Assembly (NCBI RefSeq): GCF_009914755.1
Contig: NC_060933.1
DNA from: the human T2T-CHM13v2.0 reference genome, Homo sapiens
Reading direction: 5' to 3' (one strand)
Length of the DNA stretch: 64,000 nt
The notes under the pieces were generated by a model. The model was not told where the DNA came from. It saw only the letters and a program-made list of their open reading frames with translations, and did no database searches. Within the stretch, counting starts at the first letter, position 1; the number at the start of each line of letters is the position of its first letter. The translations under genes were made by a program, and so were the position numbers. Shown piece by piece: positions 13,201-28,479 of the stretch.

Positions 13201-15659
13201 GTTTTCACAAAATGTTTATATTTTGTGAATGGTTGTGCCTTGAAATCCTGCAATAATAATACTTAACCATAATCATTGTTAGTTGTTGTCATGTTAGCAC
13301 ATATTATCTTTTGGTTGGTATCGGAGTCAGCTGCAGAATGCCCTGCTTTTCTTCCCTACAAGTTCTGACTACCAGCCCTCTTAGTATCTAGTGGAACCAG
13401 CACCTTCTGAGCTGGCCGAGGGTAGGAGGTGTGCATGCCTATTGACCTGCACGGGAATAGAGGGAGAAGCCTTTGTCCTCCCTCACTAATCATGTGCTCT
13501 GACCCTTTGAGCTAACAATCTACTGGTTAGGCAATTGAAATGATATAAAGGAGTAAGACCTGACATGTTGTTAATTGTGGACCTCCATTTAGAGTAAATC
13601 TACAAAGAAGAATTAATGTCTGGTTATTTGAATTCAGGGAGAAGATCCCTTGTGAACAAACAGATTGTTTACAATGTGCAATAGCTGTATTTATCCTTCT
13701 GTGAGTTGCTTATAATCCTTGATTCCAGCCTGAGATTACCAGTAGCAAAGCCCCTTCCCCAAACCACATAACAATTTGAATAACACCTCTGAAGGATAAA
13801 ACTAAATGCAAGCCATACTGGAAAAATATTTTACCTAGAGCCCCCCCATTGACAGCATGTGGACTTGGAAACTCTGGAGAGGCCACTTTCGAGGCTGTGA
13901 AAGCAGGAAAGTCACTGAACTTAATGGAGCCTCTGTTCCTTCATCTGTAAAATGATAAATCTCTAGATAATAGAGTGAGTTAACTATGCATTGCTCAGCA
14001 CATAGTTAGGCTTGCAGCGAAAGGTTTGTTTAATCTGAATCTGAGGAGAAAGGTCAAAATAATTGAGATCCAAAGTTTTAGATAAGGAGAAAGGAAGACA
14101 TTTTAAAAATGGAGATGCGAAATGTGAAGATCAGGAAAATATATTTTTGAAGATTGAATTGTAAGAACCATATCATAGCTTTGTAGGCAGGGAAAATGAT
14201 TTTCCCTTTCAGTGAGTAATTTAAAATATTAATAGTTTAAAAATAGTTTTATGTTAGATTCTAAACAATTAGGATTGGTTTCCCATGGCAGGGCCCTCTT
14301 CCCTCATTCATCCTAGTCATAGGCCATGAAATGTTACAGGATAAGCATACTGCGGATGGACAAAAGGGAGGAAAAATAACCTGAAAAATTTTGTTAAATC
14401 ATATTCGCATTTACATTTTATTTTTTATTCTGAGTGTAGTTTGTATGAGTAAAGCTAGAAGAAGCATTTTCCAAGTAGGTAGGAAGAGATACATTCGCAG
14501 GGAGAACTTTGTTCAGAGATGTCCTGAACACCTCCCACCCTGCTGATTAATTTTGAGCTGTGGATATTATAGGACGCTTGAAATGTTGATTCACATGGGC
14601 AGTGAATTCTGGGTGCTTATGGATAGTCCTGGAAATAGGGGATGTGGTTAGTCTGATGGGTTGTATGGGAGTGGATTGTGCTTGCCTAATAAATTCTTAG
14701 GCATTTTATAAACAGGAGAGTTAGTTGGTGCTGTAGTCCCAGATTGGTCTCTGTGTGATATATCTGGCTTTGCACAGGGCAACTCTTCATGCTCAAGAAC
14801 CTCAGCCCTGACCCCTGCTAGCCACTCTCATATGCATATTTCTTATGATGAGGCAAATGAAGGGATAGTAGGGGAACCTTTGCTGGAAAAAACAATTCAG
14901 AGTGCATGGCCTGGTGATGGCGTGTCTGCTGCATTAACCTCATAGATAAGGAATGGTTTGTATGTGGTCATTGGGGATTTCGGGGTCTATTTGAAGTGAA
15001 AAACTGCATTTTTGTGAGCCTAAAGGCAGCTGACTTTGCCTTATCACTGTCTTTCATGGGCTTACATCCAGAGGTCCTAACCTTAAAGGTCAGCCAGAGA
15101 AACAGGGTAGTACAGTGAGAAAATTTTCAGCAACGTCTGACTCTTTGGCTGAGAGAGGGAGTCCTGACCCAGAAATATCCCCTGGGCAGGGAGGGATATT
15201 TTTGTTGTCGGTTCAAGTTATGTGAAGCAGTGTCTGGTTTTTACCAAGGCTGAAGTATCTCCAGGCATTGCTCTGCATTGGGACTTTTTTATTCATTTAA
15301 TTCAGGTTGTGATCAATGACAGAAAAGCTGACTTTAGCTTCCTGGCTGGTAAAAATAAATGCTTATAGACATTAATGCATGCTAGAATACACACACACAC
15401 ACATATACTTATATATGATATATACACAGATATGTATGTGTGTAATATATGTACATATGCACAGCATATATATGTCAATTTTTATTTTTACCAGAATAAA
15501 GTTTGCACATAGTTTAGAGTAAAATTACTCATGAGTGTTCTCACTAGTTTCAACAGATTATCCATCTCTACATCAAAGGGTACCAAGGAGGAACAATCAA
15601 TACCAATAAACTCTCCAATTTGAGTTCATCCTGAGAGTAAAATTAGATCGGAAAGAAAA

Positions 15660-15850
15660 CAAGACTAAGAGTCAGGTTTGAGTGAAATTCCAGGGTCTTT
15701 ACTTTTATCAACCAACCTGACCCTCAGTTCCTCATTTTTCAGATAGGGAGCCATAATACCTACTCCATCCACCTCATAGGGTTGCTGTGAAAATCAGGTG
15801 ACCTAATAGTGAAGATGAGTGTGTATTAGCTAAAATAAGGCATAGGGAGC
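15660..15850 (+). mobile_element. MIR fragment
   Basis: MIR core-like cctcagttcctcatttttcagataggg...acctcatagggttgctgtga. Confidence 0.6.
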
Positions 15851-16125
15851 ATTATATGATCTTTAAAGACACCTAAGAGATGCACAGGCACTCAGAAGAG
15901 AATAACAACATACAGTAATTTTCCAGATTCTTGTGATTGTCCCTGGGGATATAATGGGGGCTGAAAGGAAGAGGAATAAGTGTTGTGCCTGATTCTCCCA
16001 TAGGATGATGTGATAGCTACACTTTTCCCCCGAGAGCCATGGAGACAGGACAGGGGAGGGGGCAACTGACAAGAAAACCAGCCAGCTAAGGCTCCCATCT
16101 CCTGTTGGACAGCCCTTGTTTATAA

Positions 16126-16465
<340 letters not shown>

Positions 16466-17949
16466 CAAGATTTTCTATTTAAAGTATCAAAACTTAGTCT
16501 TTTAGTTTGACTCCAGTGTGAGTCTGTATAGAAGACTAGTGGGAAGTAAAACTGACACATAATAGGCCCATGAGGAATATAGATGGGACCTTTTTCAGGT
16601 ACAAGTGTCAAAAATCAACCCCAAACTGCTTAAAACTAACAAACAAGCAGATAAGCGTACTGGGAATTTGTTAGTTTAAACAGATTCACATGCCTTTATA
16701 TGCCTTTCTGAAAACAGCTGAACACTTTTTGTAATCAGACCTTACCTGATCTGCACTTTCTTCATGGCAAAACCTACCCTGACCTAAACTGACATTAATT
16801 AGGCCCTTAGTTTGTTTCATTGCAGAAATATGAATTGAATTTGATTGCAGTGATGTTGTCCTTGATCCAGATAGAGGTGTATGTAATATACTCAAGTATG
16901 TGCCTCATTGTGCTATTCTCACCTGAATAATTCTGAGTTCTGAAACATATTTAAATCCAAGAGTTTCAAAAAAATGATTGTGGGCCTGTCCAGCTGAAAA
17001 GCCAGAGGTAGTGCTAATGTCAGCTGTTTCTCCTTTTCCCTCAGAAGGTGCTTTCTAGTAAGCAGCAAAGTTCATATGCTGCTTAGTACCTTTCTTATCC
17101 AGTATTGAAATTAACACCTGAAAAAGACTCCTGATCGTTGACTGGGGTCGTATCCCCACATGTGGGCCAATCACTTTGTCTAGGAGGGTAGCAGTATTTT
17201 GATGGGTGAGCTTGGGTCACATGTCCTCCCTCAAAGGGAGATGTTGACCTTTGATGGGCAGTCCACCAGTTGGGTAGGGACAGTTCCCCAAAGGAAAGTG
17301 GGATGCTGTTACTAGAATAAGAGAAAAGAGATGTGGGATAAGAAAAAAAAAAAAAACCCCACTAGAAATCAGGTTTTATAGGCCCTAAATGCCTAGGCTA
17401 GAGAGTTTCAACCTTATTATTTTGGATAAGTTTATATTGAAGTTTATATTGAAGATCTCTGAGAAGGAGAGACAACAACCCACTGATTCTACCAGCACAA
17501 GTCTACCATGTAACATACAGATCAGAAAACATTCTCTGTTCTTGAGAAGCTAGAACATTTTCACCTATAATTATCATTTAGTAAGACAAATAGTAATGGA
17601 CTTCTGGGTAGTATAGTATGGTTCAGTCACGCCTTGGGAGAGTCTGCTGGTAGCAGTGTGCACAATGAACTGAATGCATAATGGCAGAGTGGTTATTGTG
17701 TTGGCAATGATTATTGGTAATGGAAACAGGAGCCATGACAATGGAAAGATTTGGAAGTTCTTGTAGAGGATGATTCAATAGGGCTTGGTAACTAAATGGA
17801 AGTAGGGGATGAGGAGGAGGGAGAATGTGAAGATAGCTGTAAAGTTTTAGCCTTGGGACCAGGAGAATGGTGGACTGTTGTGTAGAATTAGGACAGTCTG
17901 CAGGATCATTTTGAGAACAAAAGAATAGGCTCAGCATTAGTTTATACTT

Positions 17950-18305
17950 AAGGTATACAACATGATATTTTGATATACATATACATAGTGAAATGATTAT
18001 TACAGGTAAGCAAATTTACATATTTATTGTCTTCCATAATTACCCCTCCTTTTTGTGGTAAGGGCACCTGAAATCTAGTCTCTTAGCAAATAGTCAATAA
18101 ACAACACAGTATTATTATGTTGTTTATCCCTAGTACTCCTGCTGCACATTCCATCTCTAGACAAATTCATCCTACATAACTGTGAGTTTGTACCCTTTGA
18201 CCTACATCTCCCTCCTCCCTCTCCTCACCCCGGTAGTCACTGTTACACTCTGTTTCTATGTAATCAACATTTTCTCCCCTAAATTCCACATATAAGCGGG
18301 ATCAT
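17950..18305 (-). mobile_element. L1MA-type 3' end fragment
   Basis: aaggtatacaacatgatattttgatatacatatacatagtgaaatgatt... matches an old L1 3'UTR in antisense. Confidence 0.7.
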
Positions 18306-18829
18306 CAGCATTCTTTTTGTTAGAAGATAGAAGGACATGCTTATAGAAATGTCTAGTAGGTGGAAGAGCATTTAGGTTGGGAAAGAAGTATAAATTAGCA
18401 CTCATCATCAACCTCAGTATAAAGGAAGCTTGTGGAAGGGCTTAGGATTGTTAAGAGATGAAGCATGAAGAGAGGGGCACTGAGAAGAAAAGGCAGAGAA
18501 AAGAATGTCTCCACTTAGGGAGCGAGGGAGAACGGGAGTAGATGAAGGGGCCAGGAAGATGGAGAGAGCCACCAGAAGAAAGGGTGCCTCCTTTAGATGG
18601 TGTGCAGTAGTGAGAAGTGCTATAGAAAGAATCCAGGAGGATGTGTGTAAAGTGATAAGGAGGCTTCCAGTGCTCTTAGCACCAATGCTTGATTGAATAG
18701 TGGAGTGGAAGTCAGGTTGTGGGGCAGTAGAGAAACGGAGTACAACAGTTTTTCATTGGACATCTGCTTCTATCCACCTGCCAGCCTCCATTCGCTCCCT
18801 TCATCTCTTTCTTGCCAATGTGCTGGAGT

Positions 18830-19060
18830 AGTTAGGATCATAGGTTTAGAATTAAAAGGGTTTGAAACCTAATACTGCTCCTTCCTAGCTGGAGGACCCT
18901 AGATAAGTGTCTTAAGCTCTCTGTTCCTCAGTTTCTTCATGTGTGTAAGGGATATAATAACAAGAGTGATCCCCGCATACAATTGTTGTGAGGATGAGTT
19001 AAAAGTAGCTAGAATAGTATCTGACACACAAATACTCTGTAAATGAGAGTTATTATATCT
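18830..19060 (+). mobile_element. MIR
   Basis: MIR core ctctgttcctcagtttcttcatgtgtgtaagggatataataa...gttgtgaggat. Confidence 0.65.
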
Positions 19061-19076
19061 TGTTTAAAATTTTTTT

Positions 19077-19415
<339 letters not shown>

Positions 19416-19809
19416 TCACCCCATTTGTTTTTTACCTCCCCATTCACTCTCAAACATGTCCAAGTTTGGAAGATAAATGATGTAGTCATCCCAATTGTAT
19501 GTGAATTTGTGTGTGTGTGTCTAATTACACACCTATCCTTCCACTAGCTGGTGAGCTTTTTGAGAGGGCAGTGCCTCATTCATGATTGTATCCCCAGCAC
19601 CTAGAACAGTGTGTGGTACAGGAGAAACACAGTAAGCACGTGGGCAGGGGGCATGCAGGGTGTAAGTAAAGAGGGATAAAAAGTCCATCTGGAAAGGAAG
19701 AGAAACGTTGGTGCCTCAGACTAAAGAGGAAGGAAGGGCGAGTGGCGAGTCAGAGGAATTCCGCTGAGGAGGAAAGGAAGTATAGAGTGGCCTCAATCTC
19801 AGTCACTTA

Positions 19810-20323
19810 AAAGGATTATAAATCATTCTATCATAAAGACACATGAACACGTATGTTTATTGCAGCACTATTTACAATAGCAAAGACTTGGAACCAACCC
19901 AAATGCCCATCAATTATAGACTGGATAAAGAAAATGTGGCACATATACACCATGGAATACTATGCAGCCATAAAGAAGAATGAGTTCATGTACTTTGCAG
20001 GGATATGGATGAAGCTGGAAGCCATCATTCTCAGCAAAGTAACACAGGAACAGAAAACCAAACACCACATGTTCTCACTCATAAGTGGGAGCTGAACAGT
20101 GAGAACACATGGACACAGGGAGGGGAACATCACACACTGGAGCCTGTTGGGGGTGGCGGGAAAAGGGAGGGAGAGCATTAGGACAGATACCTAATGCATG
20201 CAGGGCTTAAAACCTTGATGACGGGTTGATGGGTGCAGCAAACCACCATGGCACATGTATACCTGTGTAACAAACCTGCATGTTCTGCACATATATCCCA
20301 GAACTTAAAAAAAAAAAAAAAAA
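19810..20323 (+). mobile_element. 5'-truncated L1PA element (ORF2 C-terminus, 3'UTR, poly-A)
   Basis: ORF 19853-20095 (MFIAALFTIAKTWNQPKCPS...HMFSLISGS) is the L1 ORF2p C-terminus; G-rich 3'UTR and A tail 20307-20323. Confidence 0.93.
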
Positions 20324-20515
20324 GATGAAGACCACCTGTGGCAAGTTGGAGCAGCGGGAACTGGAGGAAATGGATGTCTGGATACTTCAGTATTTTGGAA
20401 CACTTTTAGGAAATGCTGATAACAATTAATGATTGATGACTATATAAAAATGTACCAAATAGCAATGAGGTTATTTGCTGCTTGTCCTTAGCCATTGCGC
20501 AGTGAGTAGTGATTA

Positions 20516-20953
<438 letters not shown>

Positions 20954-22210
20954 TTACCAGAGTAAGAGAGAAGGCGAAAGAAGACTCTGGGAAACTAGGA
21001 GGCAAACAGTTCTTGAATATAAAAGGTGCCACTTCTGAAGTGGTTGACCATAGTCTGTGAGGAAGGTGGTGGGGCCAAAATAGGACTACTGGACCAATGG
21101 AATAGGGTGGCCATAGCGGCTTTACAAACAAAAGAAAAATGGATGGCCAGCTTGATAAGAGTGGTAGAAGCAGAAAGATGAGAGCCAACCCAGAGAGTAT
21201 TTTTATTTTTTTGTAAGCTACTAGCTAGAGTTGTTCTGCTCAATGATAAGGTCCAGGGTATGGAGATGCAGGTGAGACGACCAGGCAGAGAACAGGCGAA
21301 GTCTAATGGGTTGGAAAGAGTCAAGAAACAGAGGCTGAAGTATTTGAGGGGTTATCAGTGCGTGGAAGAAGAGGATTCCAAGCAATTTGTGCTGATATGT
21401 CCACTGGGCAGATAAACATGAAGCTTACCCCGTATTTCATTCTCTTTGGATAAATGTAGGTATTATCTCTGCTTTACACATCTGTGTGCTATTATTTGCA
21501 CTGCAGGTCCCTTACCAACTTAAGGGATAAAGACAGACACATGGATGATTGCTTTCAACTCCCATATTTGGTTTAAAAACTGAAGATCGTGTTGAACACT
21601 GAATATAGAGGGGACAGTGGAAACAGAGAATGTAAAACCAGGACACAATATTTAAGGATGATTTTTTAAAATGGTCTATACTATCTCACATTTTAGGTTG
21701 ACTTTTAGCTTAGGTTGTCACATAGTCTACTTTCCATCTCAGTATTATAACAGATAATTATAACTATAATTTATTCACATTTCATGTATTCTGCCCTTTA
21801 AATACGTATTTTATATAGTACAACAAAGCTGTGTTCTGAACATGCCTTTCATGTATTCTTAGCCTAAACTTTACTACCTTATAGGAATACAGATAAGTTT
21901 TAAAATGAGTCTTTAAAATTATTTATAGATTGCTCTATCACATATAACATTTTTAGATTGCTCTATATAATAGATTAATCTTGTTTACATTTGTATGGTA
22001 ATCTGATTGTTAATTGAGGTTAGCATCACAAAAGAAGTATTTAAGTTTCTATTTTAATTTTCTATACATTATCTGAGAGGTTAATTCTATCCTGGGAAAA
22101 TTACATTTTGGATACCATGCCAGCATTGAACCTAGTTAAGATTTGAACCTAGTTAAAAGCAAGTCTTTCCTTGATGCCTTTCCCAGTATAACAAACTGTT
22201 TATATTCTGT

Positions 22211-22245
22211 CTCTCTCTGTATGTGTATGTGCATGTGTGTATATA

Positions 22246-22279
<34 letters not shown>

Positions 22280-22313
22280 ATATATTATATATATATATTA
22301 TATATATATATAA
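22211..22313. repeat. Compound (TG)n/(TA)n microsatellite
   Basis: Directly visible. Confidence 0.85.
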
Positions 22314-23913
22314 AATAAGTATTTAAGGGATGATATTTTTGTAATAAGTTCTTAAGGTCTGGTATTTTTCTATACTGAGAAGCTCTTACAGCTGTAAAAA
22401 TATACCAGATCTCTGTATATCCATGTTCCCATGCTTGTACCTTGTTTTCTCTGGTGGGAGATCCTCAACCAAAATAAAGCTGGGTAGTCTGAATACAGAG
22501 CAGGGAGGGGAGATCATCCCAGGGCCTATAATTTTATAAGCAAATATCCATAATGTAAATTTAGAAAGATACTGCCTACTCATCCTGTGCCTATTCTAGT
22601 TTCATTTAACTAATATGTTTGTGTGTCAGCGGGAACCCCATTCATCAATTTCGAAGTTTCTCAAAGAAAACAAAATTGTAGGCCACTTAGGATTTATTAC
22701 AGGCTAGCTTCCAGCAAGACCTTTTTTTCTTTATTTTTAACTATGGGGCGTCTTTCAATTTGGTGCTCACGGACCAATTTGCCAAATGCTGCATTCTTTG
22801 ACTCATCACGGGATGATGTCATTGCTCCTGGGCTGGTTGGACAATGCTGGGAACCAGTGAAGGAAACTCAAAGCTGAAAACAGGTGACTTGAGTCACCCT
22901 TCTAGATCCAGCCCTGCCATGAATTTGTCACATATTTATGAGCCAGTCACAGGTTTCCTTTGTCATAAAAGATTAATTCTATTCATTGTTTTATTTAAAA
23001 AATAGTTGTTGAGGGACACCGTGAAGAAAGTGAAAGGACAACCCACAGAATGGGAGTAAATATTTGCAAATCATATCTGAGGAAGACTTGTACCCAAAAT
23101 ATGTAATGAATTCTCACTCTCAATAATAAAAGACCAATTTCTCAATTAAAAATGGGCACAAAATATCTGAGTAGACATTTTTCCAAAGCACATATGCAAA
23201 TGGGCAAGAAGCACATCTAAAGATGTATAACATCATTAGTCACCAGGGAAATGTAAGTCAAACCTCAATAAGCTACTGGTTTACACTCACTAGGATGGCT
23301 ATAATAAAAAAGACAGATCATTACAAGTGTTGATGAGAATGTGGAGAAATTGCAATTCTCCAATTTACAATGGGAATGTGCTAATGGGAATGTAAAGCTG
23401 TGAGACCACTTTGGAAAACTGTCTGGCAGTTCCTCAAAAGGTGAAACATACAGCTACTCTATGACCCAGCAGTTCTCTCCTAAATGTATACCCAACAGAA
23501 ATGAAAACATTTGTCCACACAAAATCTTGTAGATAAGTGTTCATGCCATCATTATTCACAGTAGCCAAAAAGCAGAAACAATCCAACTGTCTATCAACGG
23601 ATAAATGGATACAATTTGGTGTATTCATATTAATATTATGGAATATTTTTTCACAATGGAAATGAAGTTTTGATACATGCTACAATGTAGATGAACCTTG
23701 AAAATATTATTCTAAGTGAAAGGAACCAGTCACAAAAGGCCACATTATTGTATCATTCTGTTTATATAAAATGTCCGGATTTAGCAAATCTATAGAGACA
23801 GAGGGTAGATTTGTGGTTGGGTAAGGCTGGAAGGGTTGGTGGGAAATGGGGAGTGGCTGCTAATAGGTATGAGATTTTTTGGGAGGTGATGAAATGTTCT
23901 AAAATAGATTGTT

Positions 23914-24210
23914 GACCTGGCTCACTGGCTGTTGCCTGTAATCCCAACACTTTGGGAGGTCAAAGTGGGAGAATCACTTGAGGCTAGAAGTTCAAGACCA
24001 GCCTGGGCAATAAAGTGACACCTTCTGGTCTCTACAAAAGAAAAAAATAAAAATAAAAAATTAGCAGGGCATGGTAGCCTGTAGTCCCAGCTACTTGGCA
24101 AGCTGAGGCAGAAAGAGGGCTTGAGCCCAAGAATTTTGAGGATGCAGTAAGCGTAATGGTGCCACTGCATTCCAGCCTGGATGACAGCAAGACACTGTCT
24201 CAAAAAATAA
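23914..24210 (+). mobile_element. Alu (AluJ-type) inside L1M
   Basis: Diverged sense Alu. Confidence 0.85.
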
Positions 24211-24282
24211 TAACACTGATTATGGTGATTTTTGTACAACTTTGTAAACATACTAAAAACAATTTAATATTCTGCTTGAAAG

Positions 24283-24608
24283 CAGGGATCCCTAACCCCC
24301 AGGCCATGGACTGATACGGTCCGTGGCCTGTTAGGAACCAGGCTGAACAGCAGGAAGTAAGGGGCAGGTGAGCCGCTCCACTTCCTGTCAGATCAGTGGG
24401 GCCGGTAGACTCTTGTAGCAGGGCGAACCCTGTTGTGAACTGTGCATGTGAGGGATCTAGGTTGCGTGCTCCTTATGAGAATCTAACTAATGCCTGATGA
24501 TCTGATATGGAACAGTTTCATCCCAAAACCATTGCCCCCTCCCCTGTCCATGGAAAAATTTTCTTCCGTGAAACCGGTCCCTGGTGCCGAAAAGGTTGGG
24601 GACCACTG
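24283..24608 (+). mobile_element. MER1B-like hAT-Charlie element inside L1M
   Basis: TIRs CAGGGATCCCTAACC / GGTTGGGGACCACTG; imperfect 8-bp TSD cttgaaag/ctttaaat. Confidence 0.85.
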
Positions 24609-24895
24609 CTTTAAATGGGTGATTTGTTTGGTATGTGAATTATATCTCAGTAAAGCTGTTAAAATAGTTATTGAGTACCTATTTTATCAGCCATTCTACT
24701 AGGCACAATACAATTACATTTGTCTGCTCACACGGTGCTTGCGTTATAGTGGGAGGAGACAAGCCATAATCCAGTAATGACATGAGTAAAATTATTTCAA
24801 ATTATGATAGGTGATGTTGGAAAGCAACATGTTAGTAGACTAAAGTGTGACCAAGGGTGAGAGAACTCATTTAGTTGGTCAGGGAGACTCACTGA

Positions 24896-25211
<316 letters not shown>

Positions 25212-25693
25212 GCAGATACCTAATTTTAAGAAAGCTCCAACCACATGGTAGTCTGGAGTCAGATGAGGTCTTTGTAAAGGAGATGGCAAATGCAAAGGCC
25301 TCTGAGGAAGAGAAGGTCAGAACAGTGTAAATGGAGACTAACAAGGAAGAAGAGGTGGAGCTTGAGATTAGAGAGGATCATCTTAAGGCTTAATTTTGGT
25401 GATGTCATTTCCCTGTTCAGAAGCCACCAGTAGCTCCCATTTGCCTATTGCATTACAATGGATTCCTTCTCTGGGCTTTTAAAGGCCTGTACCTACTTGT
25501 CCTGAAATAGTTTTTCCATCATTTCTCCTACTCATTCCCTTGATAAAGCTAGACCTTCCTATTGTTCCCCAGATATTACGCTCAATGCTTTCCTGTTGCT
25601 CTGTCAGTCTTTCCACCTGAACTATTCACCTGATCCATTGCTCTTCTGGAAATTTTATCTCTTCTTGAAGGCACCTCTCAAATGTCAACTCTT

Positions 25694-25732
25694 GTCTATG
25701 GCCATACTATGCTGAATGCGCCCTGTCTCATT
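25694..25732 (+). pseudogene. 5S rRNA 5'-fragment retropseudogene (tailless type)
   Basis: GTCTATGGCCATACTATGCTGAATGCGCCCTGTCTCAT vs 5S nt 1-38 GTCTACGGCCATACCACCCTGAACGCGCCCGATCTCGT (30/38). Flanked by direct repeats aaatgtcaactctt / aaatatcacctctt. Confidence 0.8.
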
Positions 25733-27502
25733 AAATATCACCTCTTTACCTATATTTTGCTCTGGAAGTATACGTAAAATGTAGGTATAGGTAAAATTGC
25801 TCTGATTTTTAACTTCATTGACTTGCATAATAGCTTGCCCAGAATTCTCTTAGGGAATTAAATATAGTTAAGTTTGTCCTTTTTTTTTTCGGTCTACAGG
25901 GACTTAATTATTACTCTGTAGCATATAGCATAGTGTCTCACTGTGTATACTTAGTCATTAAATATTGGTTGAATTCTAAAGTATTTTGCAGACATGGAAC
26001 GTACGTAAAATGTAAAATAATGTGAACACTGGAGAAAAAGTACAAAAAATTCTATATAGTCAAGAATGAAATCAGTAGTGCATTGTTTATTCTATAAAGG
26101 GGTATGGTAAAAAGCAGTGTTCTAGGATTGATGAGTCATTTGTGTGTGGATTCGAAAGTCCAGGCTTCCTGGGAAATAGCCTAGCCCTTATCTTTTAGTG
26201 TTTCAGACCTTGGCATCATTAGCAGGGTCATTCTTCTGATTTTGACTTCTATGAGCATTTTTGGTATGAAAGTCAGAGTACACAGTGTGACAGCACGCAC
26301 TCCGAGAGGCAAGTCCCAGATTATCCTAGGACTATTATTGCTTCTCTGTGGATCTTGGTGAACCCTAAGGATCCTTCTGGCTGTGACCATCTCCTTGGGG
26401 TGGCAGTGAAAGTCTTTTGTCTATTGGAGCAGTGGGAAGAACAGCACAGAGTTCCCTAATGAAGAAACTGGTCAGTAGTAAGAAACAATTTCCAATCACG
26501 GGCAAATTTCACTGTTTATGTAGAAGCAATGGAAGTAGCAAAAACAGTCAGGTTTGGTGCGCGTGAAAGGTCCTAAAAGAAGGGTCCTCTGTATAAAATA
26601 AGCTGTACACTCTTGTGATGGTCAGAGGCTCATGGCAGGGCCTAGCCGGATTGGCCATTTAAGTGCCAAAACACTGAAATTAAATCCAGAGAGAAGGAGG
26701 GATTGCAGACTCTAGAACAAACAGTCATAAATTAAGCCCTGCAGGTCAGTCCTTAAGGAGTGGCTTCAGAAACATCCTTGGAGATAGGAAACAAACTCAG
26801 GACAAATAGAACAAGTATTTATTGGGAGTTAACTCCCTTTAATGATAAAGGGAACATTCTCTTGGTTGGGTGACATGGCCAGAAGCCAATCTCTCAGTAG
26901 AGATGAGTCTCCCCATTTGACCTCTCTTCTTTTATCAGATCCAAGCTGCAAACCTCCAGGCCTTCAGGCTTGGGTAGATAGAGGGAAAGGTGAATTGTAT
27001 TTTCTAGGTCAGATGAAGGAGCGATGGAAAAGCTGAGCTTTCTCATGGGATATATGGTTTGAAAGTAGAGCTATTCCTTCCTCACAATTGTGATGGGCCT
27101 ACTGTAGGTAAGGCCTTTGTCACTCTTATGTGGATTATTGTGCAAGTCTTACCCTGTCCCCACTGCCTCCCCCTTTCCTCTGGTCAAAAAGAATTGCTTC
27201 TTCCTCTCCCTTTTTCTTCTCTTTCCTCCTCTTCCTTCTTTAATGTTCTCAACATCATTCAACCTAACTATTTTGCCATTCTGTGCACATGAACTGGCAT
27301 GTCCTGCTTTTCTGCCTCTACTCATGTCATTCTCACTGCCGGGACATCCACATGCCCAGATCTCACTATGTTCTACAAAGCCTTTCTCAGATGTCATTTC
27401 CTCAAATGAAACTTCCTATGGCTAAAACCTCCTTCGTTTAAACTCTCATTGAACCTTGTATGCTTCTTTTTATTGGCACTTGGCATTTTCATCTTACATG
27501 CC

Positions 27503-27561
27503 ATCTATCTATCTATCTATCTATCCATCCATCCGCCATCCATGCATCCTTCTCTTTCTAT

Positions 27562-27615
<54 letters not shown>

Positions 27616-27632
27616 CTCTATCTCTCTCTCTG

Positions 27633-27686
<54 letters not shown>
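27503..27686. repeat. Complex (TCTA)n / GATA-type tetranucleotide STR
   Basis: Three blocks of TATC repeats with TCCA/TC interruptions. Confidence 0.95.
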
Positions 27687-27706
27687 CGATTTTCTCTCCT
27701 CTGCTA

Positions 27707-28031
<325 letters not shown>

Positions 28032-28107
28032 GATAGGATTTCTGTGTGGTTCACCTTTGTGACCCAGTTGGCACCTGGAAGAGTTTTCTGTAGTTAAAAT
28101 GCCCTCA

Positions 28108-28419
<312 letters not shown>

Positions 28420-28479
28420 CTAAAATGGATAAATGGAAGTGGGCAAAAACAGGCAGGGAGTAAATAAAGCCCGCAGCAG

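Larger units (their letters stand above)
23010..24662 (+). mobile_element. Old L1M (L1MB-like) 3' portion, interrupted by an Alu and MER1
   Basis: ORF2-end motifs (acccacagaatgggagtaaatatttgcaaatcatatctga; aacatcattagtcaccagggaaatg) and 3' end atgtgaattatatctcagtaaagctgtt. Confidence 0.8.

Noticed and set aside
19853-20095. 80-aa ORF with real protein similarity
   Set aside because: L1 ORF2p tail of a truncated, non-autonomous L1 copy.
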